IMG/VR virus record: IMGVR_UViG_3300025121_000282
Coordinates: 1-64,000 of that record
Direction: 5' to 3' (one strand)
Length of the DNA: 64,000 nucleotides
Shown: piece by piece, positions 19,833 through 30,371 of the stretch
Numbering within the stretch: position 1 is the first letter of the stretch
Layout of the letters: each line of letters begins with the position of its first letter
Position numbers and translations under genes: made by a program
The notes under the pieces: model-generated
The model's database searches: none
Told to the model about the DNA's origin: nothing
The model's input: the letters and a program-made list of their open reading frames with translations, nothing else

Positions 19833-20950
19833 TACAGCGTATAACAAATTTGGCCAGTGTTGTTGCCAATCAGTTTGTGATAGCACGAGAGGGGACTGTA
19901 GACGACTTTGCTGAGTATGTGTTTGCTACTCGCACCAGCCCCATCTCACCTAATGAAATAGAAGAATACCTCAAAGCCGAATTTGGCGTAGAGGTCTTGG
20001 ATGCCCTGCCGAGCAAGGCGGGAGTAGCCAGATTTAGTATAGAAGACCCCGTAACTGTAAACATAGAAAAGCACAAGGCAAAAGACTATCCCATAGCAGA
20101 CTGCCCAGAGTACCAAACACACAACGGTAAAGAGGGAATAGTTATCGACGTTCAGGGCCAGGATGTAGTGGTAGAACTTAGTGATGGGAACAAGGTTTTG
20201 TTCCATGGTGGTATGAAGGCCAACAGTGGCTTAACTAAGCCCACTAAATCATACGACGCACCCCCACATGGGCCTATCGAAATAATATACACCAGGAATC
20301 CTGAAAATAAGCCTAGCCGTATGGAGGCTGTGCAGGAATACCTAGATAAAAAGCCAGGACAAAGGTCCCCTAACTATTACAGCGGCAATTTTTCCAATCC
20401 ACGTAGAACCCAGAGTGGAGATAAGTGGACGTTGAATGTCAGGACCCAACAGCGGGCGGACCAGCCGGGCGGTGAATTTGGATTTGCGGCTATGGACCCG
20501 TTTAATGGTGCAATTTGGTACATTGGGAGACCAAATAAGAGACCTGTAGGTTGGTTTGCTAAGCTGAAACAAATCGTAGAAAACACACAAAAAACTGCCA
20601 GTGTCAAGACTGCTGGTAACCTTCCAAATGGTTTTGCAAACAGTATTTCTACTGGTTTGAAGTCATTAGGTATATTTGCTAATGGCATGGATACCAAGAT
20701 TGTGCACGCTCGTGGATTTGAACTTGAAACTCCTAGTGTATTAGCATCCGTAATAAATAAACTTAGTGTGTCTTTTAGCGGGAATCAGTTTGAGGGTGGA
20801 ATGTCCGAACAAGTTGTTGTAAGTATTTTACACGACACTGAAACGGGACCTGTCACTTACAAAATCCCGGTGGGTAAGTTTGTGTTTGATGCAAACACAA
20901 ACCAAACCACGTTTGTACCTGTAAGTGGGAAAACGAAAGAGATACCGTAA
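19829..20950 (+). CDS. putative virion/head-associated protein
   Basis: Position in the block upstream of the terminase; SH3/KOW-like 'GIVIDVQGQDVVVEL'; carries KTAS/KTAG motifs. Confidence 0.45.
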   Translation: MIQRITNLASVVANQFVIAREGTVDDFAEYVFATRTSPISPNEIEEYLKAEFGVEVLDALPSKAGVARFSIEDPVTVNIEKHKAKDYPIADCPEYQTHNGKEGIVIDVQGQDVVVELSDGNKVLFHGGMKANSGLTKPTKSYDAPPHGPIEIIYTRNPENKPSRMEAVQEYLDKKPGQRSPNYYSGNFSNPRRTQSGDKWTLNVRTQQRADQPGGEFGFAAMDPFNGAIWYIGRPNKRPVGWFAKLKQIVENTQKTASVKTAGNLPNGFANSISTGLKSLGIFANGMDTKIVHARGFELETPSVLASVINKLSVSFSGNQFEGGMSEQVVVSILHDTETGPVTYKIPVGKFVFDANTNQTTFVPVSGKTKEIP

Positions 20951-21549
20951 TGGACATTTTTACCCCGCAGTACTCGGGCATAGATCAGGCTCTGAGCAGA
21001 GAACAGAATTTTTTCTTTATTAAGCCCGAAATGGCTAGACAGTCTAACATAGGGCCGTTTGCTCGGCTGTCTGCTACTGACACGCTAGTTAGAATGTCTG
21101 AAAGAGACTTATGGGCTGTGGAACCCACAATTGATGGAAAGTATGTTATTAAAAGATTGTTTGATGACTCTGAGGGACCAATACAAATAGGTACTACTAA
21201 AACAGCCGGTCTCAACTCTGAAAAATACTATGTGATAGCTACAGGTTTGCATGGTGGAGTTGTGGCTAAACGGGGCCCGTTTGATTTTGCAATAGCCAGT
21301 GACAAGTTGGACATACTTAAAAAGGTGTGGGGTGCATCGAGTATTATCCAGGTACCCGGCAGTCAGATCGATTTGAATAAGTATGGCTTGGGTGCCACAG
21401 GCGACCCAGTGTCTACGCCGGGGGCATCTAAGTTACACAGACTTACTTCAATGGTCGCTATGACTTCATCCAGGCTATTGGTTCAGCGCAGTGCTAGTGT
21501 GACCAGCCAAATTTATGATTACCATGGTAATCCATACAGGGTTGTGTGA
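20950..21549 (+). CDS. putative virion/head-associated protein
   Basis: Coupled ORF in the head block with KTAG and RSAS motifs. Confidence 0.4.
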   Translation: MDIFTPQYSGIDQALSREQNFFFIKPEMARQSNIGPFARLSATDTLVRMSERDLWAVEPTIDGKYVIKRLFDDSEGPIQIGTTKTAGLNSEKYYVIATGLHGGVVAKRGPFDFAIASDKLDILKKVWGASSIIQVPGSQIDLNKYGLGATGDPVSTPGASKLHRLTSMVAMTSSRLLVQRSASVTSQIYDYHGNPYRVV

Positions 21550-22046
21550 TGTCAGACCTATACAAGACAGTCGCCACAAACCACGTATTCAGAGTCGCTT
21601 CGTCTGCTACTGGTGGCACTGGCAGGGCCATACCCGATTCTTTTAACGGTGACCAACTGTCACTAAAGCACTTGGCTAAAGCCCAGTGGCAACTCTTGGT
21701 TGCACTGGGTCATGTACTTAGCGGGTATAGTACTATCAGTAAAATAAAATCCACCTCTATGTCTCCAGATGGTAAGTTGGGTGGGTATGGATATGTTATG
21801 GGCATCAGTAACATTCGTAAAGACTTGGCTGAGATTGTTGAAAAATTATCAACTATAACAGATACCATCCACGACGAGACAAATGGGCCTCATTGGAAGA
21901 ATCAGCCCAAAGATACTCAGAAAATTCTTGAAGAAAGTGACCAGCTGCTGTCCAACGGATTAGAAGCAGTTGCCGAGTCTGAGTATGCAGAAGAAGTTCT
22001 AAATTCCGTTGGGCCTAAGGATAGTGGGCATGAACAAAGACCTTAA
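21546..22046 (+). CDS. putative virion/head-associated protein
   Basis: Coupled ORF with N-terminal RVAS motif and a helical core. Confidence 0.4.
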   Translation: MMSDLYKTVATNHVFRVASSATGGTGRAIPDSFNGDQLSLKHLAKAQWQLLVALGHVLSGYSTISKIKSTSMSPDGKLGGYGYVMGISNIRKDLAEIVEKLSTITDTIHDETNGPHWKNQPKDTQKILEESDQLLSNGLEAVAESEYAEEVLNSVGPKDSGHEQRP

Positions 22047-24483
22047 AATAAACCTTGGCGGTGTCATTAATTTAGATGGTTTTGTAGACGTTTCTATGTC
22101 TAATTTGGATTGGCTTGATGTGGACCCGGAAAGTTATAGGGAACACACACAACTACCTCGACAGAATGATGTTGTCGACCAGCTGAGTGGGCTGTGGAAT
22201 GGCCCAGACGCCAGTCATGCGCCGCCTGTCAACACCTCTATATTGTATGCCCCCCCGGCCGGCAGGACAGCTGGTTTTAATCCGGAAGCTGTATTTAAAT
22301 ACACCAGACTTAGTATAGCCGCTGGGCACAAGGGTGCTGACTTATACAACAGAATCGCTAGTATCATAAACCAATTTGCCCCTGACTTTGTGTCTAGCCA
22401 CTCGCGCATAGCCTCTACGCCACATGACGAAAAATACACCGCATTTAAAGACACACTATCCAACATAATTGCTTCTGAGCTTGGACTGTTAGGGAAATTA
22501 TACCTATACGCAAGTGATTTTAGTAAGTGCGAGTCTGGGGAAATTTTTAAGTTTTCTAAATCTGTAGGGATTAAGGCTACGCGTCTTTTGGCTAAAGACA
22601 AGTGTACTGACTGTATTTTCAAGCAAAATAACAAGTGCAATCCGTCTGGAATGAGTCTACATTCCTCGTTATCACTTGATAATCAACTTTTATCAGAGTT
22701 GGGTGTGTCCAACCCTGTTTCGGATATCCGTGCCGCCATTGTTTCTCACCTGGACCCAGCACCTGTAGTAAAAACCTCACACACTCCTTTTCTCATTAAC
22801 AAACCAGTAAGCGTATCAGCCGCACAGGCTGACGAATTCCTAGACTCAATAGAAGCTCCCCAAGCTGTCAAAAACAGTGACAACGATCGGCTAACCACTG
22901 TTTTGTATCAAAAGGCATGTCTGGGCAGCATCCCTATAAAGGGTGAATACAACAAAGTAGCATACGAGTTAGACTCGCTACACATTCATCATATGATTGG
23001 GTCTCAGTCTTTCAAGGATTGTACGTCTGCTGCACATTCTTTGAGGAACTCCAAAAATTTCGCTCCATTCATTGCTAAGTCTATATGCAAGTGTGGTGAT
23101 GTTGCTGTCTGTAACAAAACAAACCTGTATATTCATGATGACAAAACCCAACCATACCCTGACTCCTTTGAGGCTGTAAGAACAACTATTGACGCTGCTA
23201 TAAACCACGGATACAAAAGCGAACAGTTAGGGAAAAAAGCAGCTAGTCTCCTTGGTATTACCAAATTTACGTCCTTGCAGATTCTGTCAAAATTTTTAAG
23301 TGTCGCAGAGTCAATAAAGGCACAGAAGTTCGCTTCGCCTGAGATAATAAATACGCCGGTTACACTTACAGAGGCTGATAGAGTGATAGAGTCTTCTCTA
23401 GAATCTATCGACAACAACAACACGCGCGCCCATCAAGTGTTTGTTTCCAAAATAAATGAACCCGTGATAAGCTATGCCACTATGCTGTCAGCCCGCGGTA
23501 TTTCAGTCTCGGATGGATTGAATAAGACTGCCAGTAAATTCCCTGACAGAGATACAGACAGTATTCTGAAGGAATCTAGAATACTGGAGGACTGGGGCAT
23601 CATAGGCAAGCACTACGTACACTCAAGGAACTCTGCCTCTGAGTGTAAGAGAACTAATGATTTTTTGACCAAAACAGGGTCAGCAGCAATAGTGACCGTG
23701 GTGGCTTCAGAAGCCTGTGGTGGCTGTGTGCTTAACAGGGTTGGGACATGTTCTGCCTTTAGAGCCAAACTGTCATCTACCCCGTACACACCTGAAGTAC
23801 TGGGTGTGATTTCTAGCGACGTAAAGTCAGTCAAAGCAAGCCGGGTAGCTTCAGTAGAGGCGGGGCCATCTATAGAAGGTGCCATTAAGACATTTGTCAC
23901 CAGGAATGACCCCGCCCCACGCCAGACTCCTATTTCTTTGAACTCTGGCGTGGCTTTTAGTGGTGTAACCAACACTAAAAAAGTTATTTCCGCTGCTGAC
24001 GTGTCTAGTACTGTTACTAAAGTTAGGGTAGCCATAAACAACGGGCTCCACGGTCACGCCCTGATGGAGTTTATTTCTAAACTAGACAAAGATGTGGTAG
24101 TTGCAGCCAAGAGCGACATTTTGCCCTTGGTAAAACTAAGTGGCAATCTAGGTGTTAATTACATCGACCCTGCTGCATACCCCGATTATGGTGTTTGTAA
24201 GGTTGGCCCCGCCCAGCACCAAAATCGTAAAGCCCTGTTGGTACTGGAGCAAGAGAAATGCACCGGTTGCACCATGAAAAATGCACTGGGCGATTGCACT
24301 AGATACAACAGAAGACTGGTGTCTGAGCCATCTGCTCGTACCAACGAATCGATTACGGTTCAGTCTGCCCCTATACTGAACCCTGTACACGCATTTGACT
24401 TGCAATCTACTCTAAGTATAGAATTGAATCAAGAGGTAAACACGCTGCCTCTTGAAATTAAAATGCGTGGCAACACAATGTGA
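22009..24483 (+). CDS. large protein with four internal Cys4 repeats, putative virion protein
   Basis: Four modules of the form G..(Y/H)...C-x~20-Cx(x)C-x5-8-C (the second is degenerate), plus many [RK]xA[SG] motifs. Confidence 0.55.
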   Translation: MGLRIVGMNKDLKINLGGVINLDGFVDVSMSNLDWLDVDPESYREHTQLPRQNDVVDQLSGLWNGPDASHAPPVNTSILYAPPAGRTAGFNPEAVFKYTRLSIAAGHKGADLYNRIASIINQFAPDFVSSHSRIASTPHDEKYTAFKDTLSNIIASELGLLGKLYLYASDFSKCESGEIFKFSKSVGIKATRLLAKDKCTDCIFKQNNKCNPSGMSLHSSLSLDNQLLSELGVSNPVSDIRAAIVSHLDPAPVVKTSHTPFLINKPVSVSAAQADEFLDSIEAPQAVKNSDNDRLTTVLYQKACLGSIPIKGEYNKVAYELDSLHIHHMIGSQSFKDCTSAAHSLRNSKNFAPFIAKSICKCGDVAVCNKTNLYIHDDKTQPYPDSFEAVRTTIDAAINHGYKSEQLGKKAASLLGITKFTSLQILSKFLSVAESIKAQKFASPEIINTPVTLTEADRVIESSLESIDNNNTRAHQVFVSKINEPVISYATMLSARGISVSDGLNKTASKFPDRDTDSILKESRILEDWGIIGKHYVHSRNSASECKRTNDFLTKTGSAAIVTVVASEACGGCVLNRVGTCSAFRAKLSSTPYTPEVLGVISSDVKSVKASRVASVEAGPSIEGAIKTFVTRNDPAPRQTPISLNSGVAFSGVTNTKKVISAADVSSTVTKVRVAINNGLHGHALMEFISKLDKDVVVAAKSDILPLVKLSGNLGVNYIDPAAYPDYGVCKVGPAQHQNRKALLVLEQEKCTGCTMKNALGDCTRYNRRLVSEPSARTNESITVQSAPILNPVHAFDLQSTLSIELNQEVNTLPLEIKMRGNTM

Positions 24484-24491
24484 GAACCTAA

Positions 24492-24992
24492 ATGGCTGAT
24501 ACAATTCTGACTGTCCCGTACGTGGTTATGCAGCCAGACAAGACGAGTAAAGCAGAAATACTGGACTTCCCTGCTTTATACAAAGATTTTTCGGCCGATG
24601 AACTGGTATCCATGATTGAGGCAGATGCCTCTGGTCCAGAACTACAGAAAACCATACTCATTCAGATGGCAGAAGAGTGTGCTGTTCTTAAAGATAGAAG
24701 ACAACACATAACCACAAATCTTAAAGACCCATCTGAGGTTGTCTCTATCAGGGTAAAATCCCTTAAGCTGTTGTATGATACTATAGCAAAGTTTGACACT
24801 AGAGGCACTGCATTTGATTTTAACTCCCCTACAGTACAAGCTATATTTAGGGTTTGGATGGAAAGAATGCTGTCCACCCTACATGAGTGCGGTGTTCACT
24901 CAAACATGGTAGACAAAATATCTGGTTCTTTCGCCACTAATCTTGCCGATTGGCAAGAAGATGTTGTTGAGAGAATAAAGAAGACAGAGTGA
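24492..24992 (+). CDS. possible terminase small subunit
   Basis: 166-aa helical protein immediately upstream of the large terminase; positional inference only. Confidence 0.4.
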   Translation: MADTILTVPYVVMQPDKTSKAEILDFPALYKDFSADELVSMIEADASGPELQKTILIQMAEECAVLKDRRQHITTNLKDPSEVVSIRVKSLKLLYDTIAKFDTRGTAFDFNSPTVQAIFRVWMERMLSTLHECGVHSNMVDKISGSFATNLADWQEDVVERIKKTE

Positions 24993-24998
24993 CATTAC

Positions 24999-27900
24999 AT
25001 GGATGTCTTTTCGGATTTAATTAGAGACATAGTTTCAAAGTCTAAATCGTCTGTAGTAATAGAACAAAAACAAGAATCTGTGGTGGAATTTGTTGAGTCC
25101 TCTTGGGGGCTAAATTATAGACTGTTTCCAGGGCAGCGTTTTATTCTTAAGTTGTTTTATGATGAACCGTTAGACAACACAGAAAAAACTATACCAATAC
25201 CTGATCCTTTTACGGGACAAGTAAAAGAATGGTACTCAGAACAAGGGTATCTGGATCACTTATTTAGTAGTAAAAGAACTAATATAAAAAACACTGGTGG
25301 GGGCAAAAGAAACATACTAGTGCTCCCGATTGGCCGCCGAGGCACCAAATGTCTACGACCTGAAACACTAATTTATACTGATCATGGTATTTTACCTATC
25401 GGTTCTTTTGGTGATTTGTCAGGACCAGAAGTTCAGCCACTAAACATTACTGTAGTTAAACAAAACAGAAATACTGCTAAAACATCTAATTTCTACAATC
25501 CCGGTATTCTTAAAACCATAGACGTCAAAACACACTGTGGGTATGTTTTGGGTGGTTCTGAATCTCATCGTGTTAAGGTGTTATACCCAGATGGCAAAAT
25601 TGATTGGAAGTGTTTCCAAGACTTACAAGTTGGAGACAGGGTCGGCGTTCATCGAGGACCAGATCTATGGGGCCCTGGAGTAGATTTAACGCCACACCAC
25701 CCGATTTGGCGTTCAGATAACATCCGGTCTAGTGTCCCTCAATACCTAGATGAAGACTGGGGTCTGTTGCTGGGGTATTTGGTTGGAGACGGCACTTGGA
25801 CCCGCAAGTCATGGTTACAAATAACTACTTCGGGACAGATGATTGGGTCTGCTGCTGCATTGTGTTATAAGCTTTTCGGACGATGCACTGTCAAGGCATA
25901 CACCGACAGAAACTGTTCAGATATCAGAGTACACTCTAAGCCTATTCGTGAATTTTTAAACAGGTTGGGTTATACCTGGAATTCTAAGCCTAATACTAAA
26001 CACGTGCCCTGGGTCATTATGCAATCGCCTAAGGCAATAGTGGCTGCTTTTCTTAGAGGATTGTTTGAAGCAGATGGCTATTGTTCGGGTAGAAAAGTAG
26101 GGTTCACTTCTGCGTCATGGCAGTTAGCTCACGAAGTTCAAATGTTGTTGTTGAACTTTGGGGTTATAAGCAGACTTTATGTTGGAAACAGGTATAAAGG
26201 CAAAGACTACTACACTGTTAAGTTGATGGGTCGTCGTAGTCGCAGAATTTTTGCTGATGAGATTGGTTTTGCTACTCCATGCAAGGATGATGGTTTAAGC
26301 ATAAATGTAAATTATCATCAAGACTCGAATGGGAGTATTGAAGCCGTTCCTTTCCAAAAAATTTGGTTGCAACGGTGGCGTGATTCCATACCGTCATCAC
26401 ACGAACTGGCTGGAATACCCAGTGGCACTACCACCAATAAACTAGGATGGGAAAAGTCTAAGCTGCGTAAGATTTTAGGGAATAGCTTAAAAGCATCTAG
26501 TACAGAAAATGTGTCGTACACTAAGTTGCACAAAGCAGTGTCAGAGGGATGGTTAGATAAATGTAGGGATTTGGAAGTTAGGGCCCACTTTGAACATCTG
26601 CTTGAATCGGATTTATATTGGGACACAATTACTGAGACTTCTCATAGTGAAGCTCATTTATGTGACATTGAAGTTCCTGATGGGCATGACTACTCAGCGG
26701 GCGGATTTATAAATCATAACAGTGAAATAGCAGCACTTTGTGCTGTCTACGAAACTTGGAAGCTACTCCAAAAGAATGACCCCCAGAAGTATTATGGTCT
26801 GCCCCCGGGTGAATTTATAGAAATTATTGTTGTGGCCACCGAAAAGGAACAGGCGGCAACTATCTTTGCCCGCGCCGCCGCTCGTTTTGAAGGGAACCCA
26901 TATTTTAAGCCGTACATAGTTTCTCAGACTTTAACATTTATGAAATTTAGGACGCAGGCCGACATCGATAAACGGGGACCCAGAGCGAGAGCGTCTATAA
27001 AGGTCTCTTTTAGAGCTTGCAACGCCAAATCCTTGCGTGGTAAGGGGTACATAGTAGTAATACTGGACGAATTAGCCTTTTGGGAAGCAGAAGGCGGTTC
27101 GAGCCCCGATAAGGTCTGGACAGCAGTAACACCAGCTACTAAAACTTTTGCTCCTAAAGATCCTGAGGACGCCAGAATACCTATAGGCCCATCGGATGGC
27201 CGTATTATATGCATCTCATCCCCTATGAACAAAGCTGGCAAACTTTATGAATTATATGAAGATGGAATGAAGGGTGACCCTGATACCCTTGTGGTCCAAA
27301 CCCCTACGTGGGAGGTCAACCCAACCATACCACCTAAAGAGTACATAAGTGAACGTCACAAAATGGGCCCCGCCTTTTGGTGCGAGTGGGGTGGTGAGTT
27401 CTCTACACGAGTAAAGGGGTGGATAGAAAGAGAAGCAGACTTAGTAGACTGCATTAAAGACCCAAGTAGAAAACCTACCCACCGCGGTGCGGTCCGAGTG
27501 CCACACTACCTGGGCCTAGACTTAGGCTTGAGTGCGTTTCAAGATGGTACTGGTATTGCGGTGTCCCATGTGGACGGGGACATTATAGTTTTGGACGAAG
27601 TGATCGAAATTACTGCAGGCCTGGGCAGATACGAGCATAGAGAAAGACTGGACGTAGAGGAAGACATATACCCCATTATTGCTGATTTATGTGACCGGTT
27701 TATGGTAGTATCTGGTCTTTTTGACCAGTTTAATGGGTACCTTCTAGAACAGTTCTTACACCAAAAGAAACTAAAACAACTTAAAGTTGAACACATTACC
27801 CAAGAATTGCGCTCTAAAATGTACCAGAGATTTAAGCTCTTTATGTATGACAAAAAAATTGATCTACTCAATTTTCCACTACAAGATAGCCTGGATGGCC

Positions 27901-28199
27901 AACCACAGAAATTTTGTAAGTACATTAACGAACTGTTGGAACTTGAAGCTGAGAGAAAAAGTTACTCCATTGTGCAGGTTGGTCATCCAAAGCTTGCTGG
28001 GAAGCACGACGACATGTCAGATGCCATTATGAGATCAGTGTGGCTGGCTTCTGATCACGTTGGTACTTCATCAATCTCTGCACCCAGAATCATAGCTAAC
28101 TCTGGGAATCACCACAGTACTCTTGCCGCTCACAAAAGAAAATTAGCCTTTGGTCCTAGGAATCCCAGGATGGTACCACTTTCAAGGTTTGGCAGATGA
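24999..28199 (+). CDS. terL: terminase large subunit containing an intein
   Basis: Walker A 'GRRGTK|S' interrupted by an intein, Walker B 'VVILDELAF', motif III 'ISSP', nuclease 'LGLDLG' and 'HDDMSDA'. Confidence 0.93.
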   Translation: MDVFSDLIRDIVSKSKSSVVIEQKQESVVEFVESSWGLNYRLFPGQRFILKLFYDEPLDNTEKTIPIPDPFTGQVKEWYSEQGYLDHLFSSKRTNIKNTGGGKRNILVLPIGRRGTKCLRPETLIYTDHGILPIGSFGDLSGPEVQPLNITVVKQNRNTAKTSNFYNPGILKTIDVKTHCGYVLGGSESHRVKVLYPDGKIDWKCFQDLQVGDRVGVHRGPDLWGPGVDLTPHHPIWRSDNIRSSVPQYLDEDWGLLLGYLVGDGTWTRKSWLQITTSGQMIGSAAALCYKLFGRCTVKAYTDRNCSDIRVHSKPIREFLNRLGYTWNSKPNTKHVPWVIMQSPKAIVAAFLRGLFEADGYCSGRKVGFTSASWQLAHEVQMLLLNFGVISRLYVGNRYKGKDYYTVKLMGRRSRRIFADEIGFATPCKDDGLSINVNYHQDSNGSIEAVPFQKIWLQRWRDSIPSSHELAGIPSGTTTNKLGWEKSKLRKILGNSLKASSTENVSYTKLHKAVSEGWLDKCRDLEVRAHFEHLLESDLYWDTITETSHSEAHLCDIEVPDGHDYSAGGFINHNSEIAALCAVYETWKLLQKNDPQKYYGLPPGEFIEIIVVATEKEQAATIFARAAARFEGNPYFKPYIVSQTLTFMKFRTQADIDKRGPRARASIKVSFRACNAKSLRGKGYIVVILDELAFWEAEGGSSPDKVWTAVTPATKTFAPKDPEDARIPIGPSDGRIICISSPMNKAGKLYELYEDGMKGDPDTLVVQTPTWEVNPTIPPKEYISERHKMGPAFWCEWGGEFSTRVKGWIEREADLVDCIKDPSRKPTHRGAVRVPHYLGLDLGLSAFQDGTGIAVSHVDGDIIVLDEVIEITAGLGRYEHRERLDVEEDIYPIIADLCDRFMVVSGLFDQFNGYLLEQFLHQKKLKQLKVEHITQELRSKMYQRFKLFMYDKKIDLLNFPLQDSLDGQPQKFCKYINELLELEAERKSYSIVQVGHPKLAGKHDDMSDAIMRSVWLASDHVGTSSISAPRIIANSGNHHSTLAAHKRKLAFGPRNPRMVPLSRFGR
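25350..26720 (+). mobile_element. intein (457 aa) with LAGLIDADG homing endonuclease in TerL
   Basis: Starts CLRPET after the Walker A Lys; motifs 'LLGYLVGDG' and 'FLRGLFEADG'; ends 'GGFINHN' followed by Ser. Confidence 0.95.
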
Positions 28200-28378
28200 G
28201 TATTAAAACAGACATAATTATGCAAATCGCTCGCAGAACCATGTCTGACTCTCAGGTCAATCAGGTTGACCAGTTGTTTAAAGACGATGGTGGAAAGTGG
28301 GCCGAGGTGTTGAAGGCTAATGAAGAATCTGTAAAAAAACTTAAGAATATTGTTAAGGATGTTTTGTCACATGAGTAA
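28196..28378 (+). CDS. small hypothetical protein
   Basis: 60-aa ORF with an ATGA overlap on the terL stop. Confidence 0.55.
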   Translation: MSIKTDIIMQIARRTMSDSQVNQVDQLFKDDGGKWAEVLKANEESVKKLKNIVKDVLSHE

Positions 28379-28709
28379 CATCCAAGAATTAAACAACATC
28401 TTGGCAAGTATAAATGACATGTCTGCCAAGGCCCTAACTTTGTCTAGGGTACTTTTGGCCGAGGCCAAAGCATCTGATGATGCCACTACTGTAATACAAA
28501 CAAATATGTACGTAAGAATGCTGTCTGCAATGTTAAGTGGCTTGTCTAAACTTAGTCGCCACAAAATCTCTCCCATAAATGTACCCAATTATGTAAAAAA
28601 TGCCAGAGACAAAATGTTTTGGGTAGAAGCCAGAAGAATAGCATACAGCAAAAACAAAACTTCTGAAGTAGAAATTGAAAAGATATGGAAGGGGCTGACT
28701 CGTGCCTAA
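28350..28709 (+). CDS. hypothetical helical protein (start possibly ATG at 28371)
   Basis: Fills the gap to the portal gene. Confidence 0.6.
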   Translation: MLRMFCHMSNIQELNNILASINDMSAKALTLSRVLLAEAKASDDATTVIQTNMYVRMLSAMLSGLSKLSRHKISPINVPNYVKNARDKMFWVEARRIAYSKNKTSEVEIEKIWKGLTRA

Positions 28710-30363
28710 AAGTACAGATCAAGAAGGGCGCGTCGTCCGCACCATACTAACAAGTAATGTGAAAGTTGGCAAACCGTCTCGTAAAAACAGGCTAGCTGCC
28801 AACATCTCTATGGCGCAGAATTCTCAGTTCTATGATACTATCATGTCTGCGGACATGCTCGAATTGCCTCAACCGGGGCAAAACGAAGCCGCTGTAATCA
28901 GACACTTTTATGAGTATGACGAGTATGTTGGTGCTGCCATCGATATGCACACTCAGCTGCCTCTTTCAAAAATTAGGCTAGAGCAAGCTGAGTGCCCTGA
29001 TGTCGAGTTGTCTGAGAAGTCTTACAGATTTTTTTTTAAAATGTGTAAACGTATAAAATTGTTTAAACGTCTGGTTTCTATACTATTTGATTATAATCTC
29101 CATGGTGAGGCAGTTGTATGGGCGGAGGACAGTGCTGACTCTATGCCGTTAGACGTGCGGCACACAACCGAAAGATACATAAATGACTACGGAAAACCTG
29201 TAGAAGAACACATTGTTAGAGACGATGCGGACACTAGAGAAGTAGAGTGGTACAAAAAACATTACAAGGGTTGGGACAAAATTACCACTCTCCCACCTGA
29301 GTGTGTAGAAATAAAAACGTTTCCGTTTTCTAATTTTTCTTCAATAACCATACTACACGATGACCAGACGCGGGCTTTGGTTAACAGGGCTGACATAGAC
29401 CCGGTTTCCGCTCAGGCATACGATGCAATACCCCAAGAACTTAGACCCTATTTGACAGAATCAGATAGGATTCCACTTGGTACCGACCCGAATAAGGGGT
29501 CGTTTGTTTATCACCTAGCCAGGGCAAAATCTGATTATCAAGAACGTGGAGTACCTGTACTTAGGCGATGCCTGAAAACGTTAATTTATAGGGATAAGTT
29601 ACGTCAGGCCCAAACTCAGATCGCTTCCAGAGCTATGACCCCTAAGAGACTGATTTGGGCGGAAGACCTAAGCCCAGAACAGTTGGAAGACCTTCGGGAT
29701 CAGGTGGACATGTCCCTGATGGACCCTGATTTTAGTATTATCACCAACTATCAAGTCAACTGGGAGGAGTTAGGGGCTAGAGACCGTCTTTTAGACTTAG
29801 CATCGGAAGACGAATCCGCAAATAAAAGACTGGTGGCTGGACTCGGTATTACTGAGGGACTGATCACCGGAGAGGCCACCTACTCCGGTGACCGTATGCC
29901 CATAGAGGCAATCAACACCAAGTACATGCTTTTGCGTGAACACATTCAAGAGTATGTTCACGACTATTTATTTGAGCCCATAGCCAGAAAAAAGGGATTT
30001 GTATACATTGACGAGGACGGTGATGAGATAGCGGTGTACCCCACTATTGGGTTCACACGTATGGCACTCACTGATTCTCAGGATGCATATGACAAGCTTT
30101 ATAACCTGTACCAAAAGGGCTCCATTCCAATTAGTGTGATTTTAGACTTGCTTAACATTGAGCCTAGATACGCCAGAAAACAGTTGGAACAAGACCTGTT
30201 TACAGTAAATGACCCCAACTTCAACGAGGTACTCCGCTCCCTGTATGGAGAAATTGGTAGAGCTTTGGTGGAACAGTCTAATGCTGTAGCCAAAACGTCA
30301 GAATACCTTTCTTTGAAGCCTATAGCAAAAGAAGGGTCAGAAGAAGATAACAGGTTCAAGTAA
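28702..30363 (+). CDS. portal protein
   Basis: 553 aa, largely helical, in the canonical position between terL and the protease/capsid genes; 'EYVGAAIDMHTQLPLS' and 'GVPVLRRCLKTL' resemble large-phage portals. Confidence 0.72.
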   Translation: MPKSTDQEGRVVRTILTSNVKVGKPSRKNRLAANISMAQNSQFYDTIMSADMLELPQPGQNEAAVIRHFYEYDEYVGAAIDMHTQLPLSKIRLEQAECPDVELSEKSYRFFFKMCKRIKLFKRLVSILFDYNLHGEAVVWAEDSADSMPLDVRHTTERYINDYGKPVEEHIVRDDADTREVEWYKKHYKGWDKITTLPPECVEIKTFPFSNFSSITILHDDQTRALVNRADIDPVSAQAYDAIPQELRPYLTESDRIPLGTDPNKGSFVYHLARAKSDYQERGVPVLRRCLKTLIYRDKLRQAQTQIASRAMTPKRLIWAEDLSPEQLEDLRDQVDMSLMDPDFSIITNYQVNWEELGARDRLLDLASEDESANKRLVAGLGITEGLITGEATYSGDRMPIEAINTKYMLLREHIQEYVHDYLFEPIARKKGFVYIDEDGDEIAVYPTIGFTRMALTDSQDAYDKLYNLYQKGSIPISVILDLLNIEPRYARKQLEQDLFTVNDPNFNEVLRSLYGEIGRALVEQSNAVAKTSEYLSLKPIAKEGSEEDNRFK

Positions 30364-30371
30364 GGGCACCC

